DNA from: Candidatus Methanomethylicia archaeon
GTDB taxonomy: Archaea > Thermoproteota > Methanomethylicia > CALHIW01
Length of the DNA stretch: 64,000 bases
Direction of reading: 5' to 3'
Assembly (NCBI GenBank): GCA_038845975.1
Contig: JAWBQF010000009.1
Location: forward strand, 13,073 to 77,072
Below, piece by piece: positions 55,933-64,000 of this stretch. A program made the translations under genes and the position numbers. The notes beneath the pieces were generated by a model. The model made no database searches and had not been told where the DNA came from. It worked only from the letters and a program-made list of their open reading frames with translations. Within the stretch, counting starts at the first letter, position 1. Each line of letters starts with the position of its first letter.

Positions 55933-57494
55933 TTATGTTCAGAGAGAGATTCAAGCATTGTTTTTGTGGGTTCTATGAATACATTAGCTAAAAAGAATGA
56001 GAGTATACCTATAGCTGCTATTATTACCATTGGGATAATTAGTGATAAAACTCCCTCTCTGGATTCTTCTTTTAGTTTTTCTGAAATCTCACCAAAAAAT
56101 ATTCTTTTCATCGTAATAAATGAGTATGAAGTAGAGAGACCTATTGCCACTAGTAAACCTATAACTACTATTATTAAAGCAGTAGGACCCATATGAAGAG
56201 CTTTATCGATAGCCCCAAGAACAATGAAAACTTCACTCCATAGCCCAAGTGATGGAGGAATACCAGTAATATGCATGAATCCAATAAGCGCTAATGATGC
56301 TGTATAAGGCATTTTGATGGCTAACCCACCCATTTTGCTTATACTCCTAAGACCATGAAGAGTTGCAATTAATACTCCTGCAGACATGAAGAGAAGAGCT
56401 TTACCTACAGCATGCGCAACATAGTGAATTAGTGAACCTGTAATTCCAAGTATTGTAAGACTTGAAATTCCAAGTAACAAATATCCCATTTGACTTATAC
56501 TTGAATAAGCTAGAAACCTCTTAAAATCATCTTGAGCTAAAGCCATTAATCCTCCATAAATCATGGTTAAGATAGCCCATCCATACAGATATATCGATGC
56601 GCTTTCAAATATCGATGGAAATAAAGTATAAGGAATTCTTATTAATGCGTATGCTCCAATACCTATCAGATTCGGGGATAATAATGCTGAAAGTGGTGTT
56701 GGTGCTTCAGCATGGGCATATGGTAGCCAGATGTGAACACCAAACACGGCCATTTTAACTAGCAAACCTATCGTCATTAGGGCGAATATTGAGGGTTGCC
56801 ATCCTAAAGGTAAGGTTCTTTCTGCAAGTCCTATATTGAACATTCCTGTTTCTGGATTTATTATATCAAAAGTACCAGCATTAAACCCATATACTAAAAT
56901 GCCTATGAGTAATGTTAATGCTCCTATATGAGTCCATAGTAAGTACATTATAGCTATTCTCATCCTTTCACCATAGCCATAAAAAGCTATTAGGAGAAAC
57001 GATGGAATTAACGTTAATTCAAAGAATATGTAGAACTCTATCAAATTAGTTGATAGAACAGTGCCTATCATTGCAGCTGAAAACATGGTATATAGCATGT
57101 AATAAATACCCCATGATGGAGGAGTGATACCTTCATGAACCATTTCTTCAAACCTATGCTTCATATATGGTACTGAATATATAGCAATAAATGAAGTTAC
57201 AAGTGCAATGCCAAAAGCTACTGGAGTACTTATACCATCACTAAGCATACTAAACTTACCTATCAGAGGATGACTGAAATATATAGGGTCAAGAATTGGT
57301 TGTTTAGATACCCCACTAAGTAGTATCCATGTAAATATTGTAAATGGATATATCAATGATAGTGTGCTTATAATCATTAGAATTCTTACGTTTCTAAGAA
57401 TTTTCCAAACTACCGGCAATATTATTGAAATGACTAATGGAACTATAGTGGAAGATAACAAAATTGGATAGTTAAACACATTCATGTATATCAC
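55929..57494 (-). CDS. nuoM: Complex I-like subunit M
   Basis: FYIFFE..LIP, VK...GVHIWLPYAHAEAP, AYSSISQMG. Confidence 0.93.
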   Translation of the reverse strand: MIYMNVFNYPILLSSTIVPLVISIILPVVWKILRNVRILMIISTLSLIYPFTIFTWILLSGVSKQPILDPIYFSHPLIGKFSMLSDGISTPVAFGIALVTSFIAIYSVPYMKHRFEEMVHEGITPPSWGIYYMLYTMFSAAMIGTVLSTNLIEFYIFFELTLIPSFLLIAFYGYGERMRIAIMYLLWTHIGALTLLIGILVYGFNAGTFDIINPETGMFNIGLAERTLPLGWQPSIFALMTIGLLVKMAVFGVHIWLPYAHAEAPTPLSALLSPNLIGIGAYALIRIPYTLFPSIFESASIYLYGWAILTMIYGGLMALAQDDFKRFLAYSSISQMGYLLLGISSLTILGITGSLIHYVAHAVGKALLFMSAGVLIATLHGLRSISKMGGLAIKMPYTASLALIGFMHITGIPPSLGLWSEVFIVLGAIDKALHMGPTALIIVVIGLLVAIGLSTSYSFITMKRIFFGEISEKLKEESREGVLSLIIPMVIIAAIGILSFFLANVFIEPTKTMLESLSEHK

Positions 57495-57793
57495 CCCCTA
57501 AATTTTTTAATCTTAAACACATCCACATCACCAATAACTCTAAACATCATGATTAAAATAGAAACTAAAACACCAACTTCAGCTCCAGCAAGAGTTATTG
57601 AAAATATAGCTATTAAACTTCCACCTAGAGGATTACTAATAGTAGATAATGAAAGAAGTAGGAGAAGAGATGAATTAAACATAACTTCCAAAGATAAGAG
57701 CATTTTTATAATATTCCTATTTATGGTAAGCCCAATAATTCCTATAGACAGTAAGATGAAGGATAAAAATAGGTAGAAGAATAATGGAATCAT
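57491..57793 (-). CDS. nuoK: Complex I-like subunit K
   Basis: RNIIKMLLSLEVMFN, AGAEVG. Confidence 0.92.
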   Translation of the reverse strand: MIPLFFYLFLSFILLSIGIIGLTINRNIIKMLLSLEVMFNSSLLLLLSLSTISNPLGGSLIAIFSITLAGAEVGVLVSILIMMFRVIGDVDVFKIKKFRG

Positions 57794-58284
57794 TTTTCCA
57801 CCTCTTTTTTTGCTATAATTATTCCCTCAATCAGTGTTGTTATTAGTGCAAAAATAACTATAATTAATGGAAGAGTATAGTTTTTCATTAATAATTCTGC
57901 TACTTTATCGTATGGTACATCAATAGGTGTTGTTGGGTACATACCTACAGTATAAGATACAATAGCTGTAAATATTAATAGTATTAATGTGGCAATGGAT
58001 ATAGAAAGGATTTTACTAGAAAGTTCCATGACGTATGTTTCTCTAAGCATAACTATGGAAAATATTATAAATGTTACTGTAGCACCCACATAAACTATGA
58101 TTTGAAATAATGAGACTAATTGATATCCCATCAGTGCGAAGAAGATAGCCATTGATATACCAAGCATACCTAAGAATAAAGCAGAGTATATAAGAGACTT
58201 AGTTTTCACAATCATTATAGCTGATAATATTGCTAGTATTGAAGTAAAAATGAATGTTGTAAGTTCAAGTATTTCTATATACAA
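57790..58284 (-). CDS. nuoJ: Complex I-like subunit J
   Basis: YSALFL, QIIVYVGA. Confidence 0.9.
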   Translation of the reverse strand: MYIEILELTTFIFTSILAILSAIMIVKTKSLIYSALFLGMLGISMAIFFALMGYQLVSLFQIIVYVGATVTFIIFSIVMLRETYVMELSSKILSISIATLILLIFTAIVSYTVGMYPTTPIDVPYDKVAELLMKNYTLPLIIVIFALITTLIEGIIIAKKEVEK

Positions 58285-58759
58285 TACCTTTCACCTCATC
58301 AACTTCAGATATAACATATTTTGATCTTTTACATGGTAGATCTATCTTAGGACCTGTAATTAACCTATTTACTTCATAGTAAAGTTCATCCTTTACATAA
58401 AATGCTGCATCGTGTATTCTAGTTAACTCAAGAGCTTTACTTGGACATATATCAACACAGAATCCACAAAAAATACAGCGTTTATAATCCACTTCCGGAT
58501 ATTTTTTAACTTGTTTAGTTTGTTCATGTTCAAATAGCTTAAGGCTTATTGCCCCAGCTGGACATATTTGAGAGCATAAGCCACAGCTTATACATAACTC
58601 GCTATTTAACTTTAGCATTCCCCTATAGTTTTCAGATAGTATTAATAGTTCATCAGGATATTTTAGAGTTATTCTTATACCCGGTGAAAGCAGGTACTTT
58701 AACCCTGTAAATATTGCTCTTATATGATAATAGAAATTACTTATAATTCTAGTAACCAC
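58265..58759 (-). CDS. nuoI: Complex I-like subunit I (2x[4Fe-4S])
   Basis: TLKYP, YRG, CISCGLCSQICP, CIFCGFCVDICP. Confidence 0.94.
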   Translation of the reverse strand: MVTRIISNFYYHIRAIFTGLKYLLSPGIRITLKYPDELLILSENYRGMLKLNSELCISCGLCSQICPAGAISLKLFEHEQTKQVKKYPEVDYKRCIFCGFCVDICPSKALELTRIHDAAFYVKDELYYEVNRLITGPKIDLPCKRSKYVISEVDEVKGIVYRNT

Positions 58760-59765
58760 CTATGCCACCCCATCCAATAATTAATAATGACAACGTTATC
58801 GAGATTAACGAGAGAGTAAAAAGAGTATGCCAGCCTATTCTGATTGCCTGATCTAACCTATATCTTGGATAAACACTTCTTAAAAATACACTAAATAGTA
58901 AAATTATCAGTACTTTTATAATTAAAGCTATACTTGAAAAACCGTCTATAGAAGGATGCCAACCACCAAGAAATAAATCAACAAATAACAATGTAAATAC
59001 GTATAAACGCATATATGGAACCCCCATAACTAAACCATATAAAATACTTGAATATTCAGTATATGGGCCTGCTACTAGTTCGGAATCTGATTCTGTAATT
59101 TCAAATGGAAACCTAGATGTAGACATAATCATTGATATGAAAAATGAAAATGCCGCAAATGGATTGATTAAAACTGTCCATACTCTTTGCTGATTATTAA
59201 CAACGTCAACTATATCAAGAGAGCCATAAAGTATTGCTACTGATAAAGCTGAAAGGTAGAGAGGTACTTCATAGGATATCATTAGATGTCCTTCTCTTAG
59301 ACCCCCTATCAAAGCGAATTTGTTATTACTAGCCCAGCCCATAATTATAATGAAAATAGGAGTTAAAGAAGATAAAGCAAGTGCAGCTAGCAGACTAATA
59401 TTAGTTCTAAATGCTATTAATTCTATATCCAGTAGGGAGCCGGCTGGAATTACTGCTAGTGGGAGTAAAGTTGCTGTAAGAGCTATTATTGGTGAAGCTA
59501 TAAATATGAACTTATCAGAATCTTTTAGAGTTATTACTTCCGCAAACATGTACCTTAATAAATCTGCTAATAGCTGAAGAACTCCACCAAACCTCCTCGT
59601 AACATATAATGGACCTATCCTCATTTGGATTTTAGCTGCTATCTTTCTCTCAGCCCAAATTAATAATATTATGACTACGAATATAGTTATAAATCCAGGA
59701 AATATTAATGGAATGAAAATTGAAGGATGTAAAAGTATGCTTAATATTAAATTTACAAACTCCAC
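58749..59765 (-). CDS. nuoH: Complex I-like subunit H
   Basis: ERKIAAKIQMRIGP, ISYE, RFPFEI.E.DSELVAG..TEY, PRYRLDQ. Confidence 0.95.
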   Translation of the reverse strand: MEFVNLILSILLHPSIFIPLIFPGFITIFVVIILLIWAERKIAAKIQMRIGPLYVTRRFGGVLQLLADLLRYMFAEVITLKDSDKFIFIASPIIALTATLLPLAVIPAGSLLDIELIAFRTNISLLAALALSSLTPIFIIIMGWASNNKFALIGGLREGHLMISYEVPLYLSALSVAILYGSLDIVDVVNNQQRVWTVLINPFAAFSFFISMIMSTSRFPFEITESDSELVAGPYTEYSSILYGLVMGVPYMRLYVFTLLFVDLFLGGWHPSIDGFSSIALIIKVLIILLFSVFLRSVYPRYRLDQAIRIGWHTLFTLSLISITLSLLIIGWGGIGGY

Positions 59766-59837
59766 AAATCCTCACCATATACAATGAGGGTTAAAATCAG
59801 TTGATTAAAGGATTTAAAAACTTTACGCTTCACACCA

Positions 59838-61034
59838 TCACCTATCGCTTTCAGGAGGGAAGTAATCTATACTTCCATATATTGCAGGAAAATCCATAAC
59901 TCTTGCCCCACTAATAAGCTCTCTAAACAGCACTATGTTCCTAAATGACGGAGTAACCATTCTGAGTCTATATGGCCTAAGTTCACCAGTACTAATAATG
60001 TGAAATATTAATTCGCCTCTTGCTGCTTCAACTCTTGAAATAACTTCTCCTGCCGGAGGACGTAGTGCTGTAAATATAGCTGGTAATCCAAGTATCCCTG
60101 TTTTCTGACATTCTTCTAGTTTCTTTAATGAAATCAGCTTTTCATATTTCTTATGAATTATTGGTCCTTGAGGTAATTTATCAAGAATTTGTCTTATAAT
60201 CTTTATACTTTGTCTTATTTCCTCAACTCTTACTAACAGTCTTGCATAACAATCCCCTTCTTCTCTATATGCTACATCAAATTCTAGTTCTGGATATGCA
60301 GCGTATGGTTCTACTTTTCTAACATCATATTTAACATTTGAGGCTCTTAGATTTGGGCCTACTATTCCAAGTTTTATTGCATCATTTCTTTTAAGAACTC
60401 CAACTCCTTGATACCTTGCTTTAGTTACAGGATTATCAAAAAATATTCTGAAGTAGTCATTATTAAGTCTTCTTTCAATGTATTTTAAAGCTTTTAATAC
60501 TTTCTCCCTAAATCCTTGAGGTAAATCTCTTCGAACCCCTCCTGGAATCATGTACGAATATGTTAATCTTGCCCCTGTAATAAGTTGGGCAATGTCTATT
60601 AATGGCTCTCTATCAGCAAATGGCCACATATAAAAAGTGCTTGATCCAATCATTATTCCAGCAATTCCAAAACCATAAAGGTGTGATGTTATTCTATTGA
60701 TTTCACAAAGAAGTGTTCTTAAGTATTGTGCACGTGGAGGTGGTTCTATGTCAAGAAGCTTTTCTAAAGCCATTACATATCCAATATTCATATTAGCAGC
60801 GTCTAAAATTGCAGCTCTTTCAACCAATGGGATTATTTGAACCCATTTTCTATTTTCAGCTATTTTCTCAATACCACGATGTACCCATCCAGGATCAGGA
60901 ATAAAATTGGTAAAGATGTCGCCATCAACTCTTCCAATAAACCTCATATGGCCTGAAGCTGGATGTTGAGGCCCAATAAACAGCTCAATTTCCTTTTCGC
61001 TATTGCGTTGCTTAAGCAAGACCATTCTCATCAC
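59838..61034 (-). CDS. nuoD: Complex I-like subunit D (no NiFe CxxC motifs)
   Basis: GPQHPASGHMR, HRGIEK, GPNLRAS, EAARGE, C-terminal SIDYFPPESDR. Confidence 0.94.
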   Translation of the reverse strand: MMRMVLLKQRNSEKEIELFIGPQHPASGHMRFIGRVDGDIFTNFIPDPGWVHRGIEKIAENRKWVQIIPLVERAAILDAANMNIGYVMALEKLLDIEPPPRAQYLRTLLCEINRITSHLYGFGIAGIMIGSSTFYMWPFADREPLIDIAQLITGARLTYSYMIPGGVRRDLPQGFREKVLKALKYIERRLNNDYFRIFFDNPVTKARYQGVGVLKRNDAIKLGIVGPNLRASNVKYDVRKVEPYAAYPELEFDVAYREEGDCYARLLVRVEEIRQSIKIIRQILDKLPQGPIIHKKYEKLISLKKLEECQKTGILGLPAIFTALRPPAGEVISRVEAARGELIFHIISTGELRPYRLRMVTPSFRNIVLFRELISGARVMDFPAIYGSIDYFPPESDR

Positions 61035-61037
61035 TTT

Positions 61038-61508
61038 TTAGTACTTAGTAAGCTTAAAATCTTTTCTTAATGGCCTAATATCTTTATAGTCTTCAGGGAG
61101 TATTAACGAGGCATTTTCAGGATGTCCTTCGAAGAATATACCCATCAAATCATATGTTTCACGTTCCAGAAATTCTGCACTGGGCCATACTTTACATAAA
61201 GATTTAGAAGTTGATTTACTACGATCTATTAATATTTTCAATGTTAATATTATTTTAGATAAATCTAAGTTGTTAAATGAGGATATTAAATAAGAAATTT
61301 CTATCACATTTTTCATTGGATAATCAGTAGCCGTCACAGACTTTACATGATCAAAACCATAGTTCTTAAGTAGATTAGCGATGAGTTCTAACTTATCAAT
61401 ACTTGCTGTAATTACTAATCTATTTGGAGGTAATGTAGATACTTGGGCTTCCGGTTCAATCATTGATTTAAGGTCTTTAAATACTCTGTTTATTTCATCA
61501 ATAGTCAT
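61038..61508 (-). CDS. nuoC: Complex I-like subunit C
   Basis: TATDY, ERETYDLMGIFFEGHP, PLRKDF. Confidence 0.94.
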   Translation of the reverse strand: MTIDEINRVFKDLKSMIEPEAQVSTLPPNRLVITASIDKLELIANLLKNYGFDHVKSVTATDYPMKNVIEISYLISSFNNLDLSKIILTLKILIDRSKSTSKSLCKVWPSAEFLERETYDLMGIFFEGHPENASLILPEDYKDIRPLRKDFKLTKY

Positions 61509-61511
61509 AGT

Positions 61512-62015
61512 TTAACCACCCTTACGTATTTTCCTCTGCAACATAAGTACGCTTCTTATTATTGCTTCAGGTCTAGGTGGACACCCAGGTACGTAGACGT
61601 CAACGGGAACTACCTCATCTACCCTAACTAAATTGTAGCTATCGTAGAAAATCCCCAGATCTATCGCGCAAGCTCCCAAGGCTATTACATATTTGGGATT
61701 TGGCATCTGCTCATATGTTAACCTAACCGCATTTGCCATTTTCTTAGATAAACTTCCTTCAACAACTATAAGATTTGTTTGTCTAGGCCCAACAAATGGA
61801 AGATAGCCAGCACGCTCAGCATCAAATCGAGGAGCTGATGATGCACCAAACTCGCAACCACAGCATGCTGTAGTTAAATGTACGGGCCAAAGAGAATAGG
61901 AAATACCCCAACTTCTTAGTTTTCTGAGAGGAGTTTTAAATATAATCCATAGTACTATCTTTCTAATGAAGCTATATAAACTGCTTATTAAAGATAGTTT
62001 TTTCTCCATCATCAT
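61512..62015 (-). CDS. nuoB: Complex I-like subunit B
   Basis: TACC, RFDAER, PRQ, QMPNPKYVIALGAC, PVDVYVPGCPPRPE. Confidence 0.95.
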   Translation of the reverse strand: MMMEKKLSLISSLYSFIRKIVLWIIFKTPLRKLRSWGISYSLWPVHLTTACCGCEFGASSAPRFDAERAGYLPFVGPRQTNLIVVEGSLSKKMANAVRLTYEQMPNPKYVIALGACAIDLGIFYDSYNLVRVDEVVPVDVYVPGCPPRPEAIIRSVLMLQRKIRKGG

Positions 62016-62016
62016 A

Positions 62017-62412
62017 TCATATCCGCCACAAATCTATGTTTTTAGCTAACTTAAGAGCGAATAAGATCGATGGAACTAGAGATAATATAATAATAAATGT
62101 AAGTATTACGGAATTTATGAAAAATTTATATGATGATGGTAAATAGATGAAGAATAGTATAATAATAGGCTCCATTGTCAAGAAAACTATTAAGTATGCA
62201 AAGTATTGCATAATAAACCATCCTCTTGCTCTTCCTTGAGGTAAGTTTCCACACTCATATCTTAACTCTTTATGCGGCTCTGACTTAGATATAGAAACAA
62301 GTCTTGAAATTATGTATCCGAAAATTCCGATACCAATTCCAATACCAATTATTGATATGAAAGCTATGTAAGCATTTATATAGGGATTTTGTAGATTTAA
62401 ATTAAAGATCAT
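62017..62412 (-). CDS. nuoA: Complex I-like subunit A
   Basis: RYECGN, QYFAYLIVFL..E; three TM helices. Confidence 0.92.
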   Translation of the reverse strand: MIFNLNLQNPYINAYIAFISIIGIGIGIGIFGYIISRLVSISKSEPHKELRYECGNLPQGRARGWFIMQYFAYLIVFLTMEPIIILFFIYLPSSYKFFINSVILTFIIILSLVPSILFALKLAKNIDLWRI

Positions 62413-62468
62413 ACTAATTTCAATTAATCGAAAAAAATGTCCTATTTATATTTTTCCACTTTAGAAAT

Positions 62469-63058
62469 GATTTTGTTAACTTAAGCATATTAATTGTTCT
62501 ATTTGGTTTTGTGTTTTCTATAAATTCTTAGCTTTATCCTATTGTAATCCATGTTCTTTAGATATACTATTGATTTCATAATCATTAACATATGCTCACC
62601 ATCACACTTATCCTCATACATGGTACATAGTTATCGAATAGCTTAGTTCTATTCTAATGTATGATTCTCTCCATCAATTTAACTTATAAACTATATCATG
62701 TTTAAACTCATATTTGCATGATGCTTATAGTATTGAGTATGTATTTGATGTTTGAATCATAGATAGCCTTTATCTTCTAAGGAATGTTAAAGTGTATGTG
62801 TATTGCAACATCAAACAATATGTAGAGAACCCTCTAATAATTATTCAAATACAACATACATGACCACCCATAGAACCTACTAATAATAGTATTATTAACC
62901 ATCTAATAATCAAACTCAATAGAAGCTTAAGATAAACCATAAAACAAATACAACCCTACAAAATAAACAAAATTCTAAAGACATACCAGATAACAAACAT
63001 ACAACAACATAAACAAAACAAATGAAATACCATAAATAAAACTAAAGCTAGCAAAACC
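62469..63058 (-). mobile_element. Heavily decayed IS6-family copy
   Basis: Degenerate TIRs gattttgttaactt / aagctagcaaaacc; colinear with 21098-21832 with many small deletions. Confidence 0.8.
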
Positions 63059-63253
63059 TATTGATGCTAGGTAAATTATGTAAGAAGTTGTGTAATCTTA
63101 ATTTGAGAGAAACAACTAAGTCTAACAATCAACAAGTAACAAATACAATTCTAAACTCATTGCAGATAAAGAAAAATCTATAGCAGAGTCTAAACTTACA
63201 TAGCCATATGCTTTGAGTTAAAGTTTAAATTTTAGAACGAAAACTTAAAAACC

Positions 63254-63511
63254 ATGTCCAAGGAGTACAAGTACATAATAGATATTAATAAGGTCAGTAC
63301 TAAAGTACGTTTCCCAAAAGAAGTCCTGAAGGAACTAAAAAAGTCCATTAAAGGTAATTTTCTTAAAAACATGAAAAGTGAAACTGTTATTTGCCCCCTG
63401 ATAGGAAAATCTATTTCCTTCTTATATTGTTACGGAAAATGTAGTAATTTCGTACGGAGAGTAAGGGGAAAACTATATTGTAAAGGTCTTCCAGTTCAGA
63501 TTGATATTTAA
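63254..63511 (+). CDS. Small basic hypothetical protein with four-Cys putative Zn site
   Basis: CP...CYGKC...C; TATA-like tttaaatt upstream. Confidence 0.65.
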   Translation: MSKEYKYIIDINKVSTKVRFPKEVLKELKKSIKGNFLKNMKSETVICPLIGKSISFLYCYGKCSNFVRRVRGKLYCKGLPVQIDI

Positions 63512-63732
63512 TTTAGTCTTCCTCTTTATAAATGAGGGACAGTCTAACATTAATCATGGGTTTCTTACTCTAGGTAGCCTAAATTGAGGAATTAAGTACC
63601 TAATAGTCTTCACTATCATCATTAAGTATATGAAACTCCATATAAAACATAAATAACAAGCTTAAATACGTTGAAAACACCTTGTTATAAAGCCTCATTC
63701 TTAGGTTAAATTAATAATTAAATCACTTAATA

Positions 63733-63791
63733 TGGCTCAGCCATTTTTTTCTTCATGCTTTAATCAGATCCCGAGTTCAGAATCATTGCCA
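63733..63791 (-). ncRNA. C/D box guide sRNA candidate with its own promoter
   Basis: tggc-a-ATGATTC-tgaactcgggat-CTGA-7nt-ATGAAGA-9nt-CTGA-gcca; gataaag-TTTAAATA about 21 nt upstream. Confidence 0.7.
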
Positions 63792-63837
63792 GTAAAAAAG
63801 TATAGTTATATTATTTAAACTTTATCAAAAGAGAAAC

Positions 63838-64000
63838 GGCTTTGTTAACTTAAGCATGTTTTATCACATCTATTTTTGGTATTGTATCTTCTATGAATTC
63901 TTAGCTTTTATTTTCCTTATCCATGTTTGTTTAGTATGTATGCTATTGACTTCATAAGCATTAATACATGTTCACTGTCACATCTATCCTTCATGCATGG
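63838..64000 (-). mobile_element. IS6-family element, truncated by window edge
   Basis: GGCTTTGTTAACTTAAGCATG start; close match to 21098 onward. Confidence 0.88.

Noticed and set aside
2536-59577. Many short antisense ORFs in the track (e.g. 2536-2817, 12112-12459, 33033-33464, 40934-41392, 48252-48581, 52514-52867)
   Set aside because: They lie opposite well-supported genes and have shadow-ORF composition with no motifs.
1-64000. CRISPR array, tRNA, rRNA, intein or prophage
   Set aside because: No regularly spaced repeats, no GC-rich cloverleaf or rRNA block, no intein-sized insertions and no viral genes seen.

Overview
AT-rich archaeal chromosome segment, most likely Thermoproteota/TACK: it carries eS25, TBP, Rpo6, thermosome, class I LysRS, AsnRS, G1P dehydrogenase and crenarchaeal-type Nuo signatures. 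The coding content is mostly housekeeping: pyrB-C-K-D-I, three aminoacyl-tRNA synthetases, tRNA methylases, ether-lipid enzymes, three GT2 glycosyltransferases and two KaiC-like ATPases. The right end holds an 11-subunit complex I-like operon without an electron-input module, followed by only the I/C/K subunits of an A-type ATP synthase. Most long intergenic gaps contain decayed insertion sequences and MITEs (IS6, IS5, IS1595 and others). The strongest unexplained signal is that seven IS6-family ends lie exactly 18 nt upstream of a host TATA box, which suggests promoter-anchored (TBP/TFB-guided) integration. IS elements also show a mirror-symmetric G/T to A/C composition switch. The ORF track missed a PadR fragment, a CdrS-like RHH gene and two candidate C/D box sRNAs. 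I saw no tRNA, rRNA or CRISPR array. All calls are by eye, without database searches.
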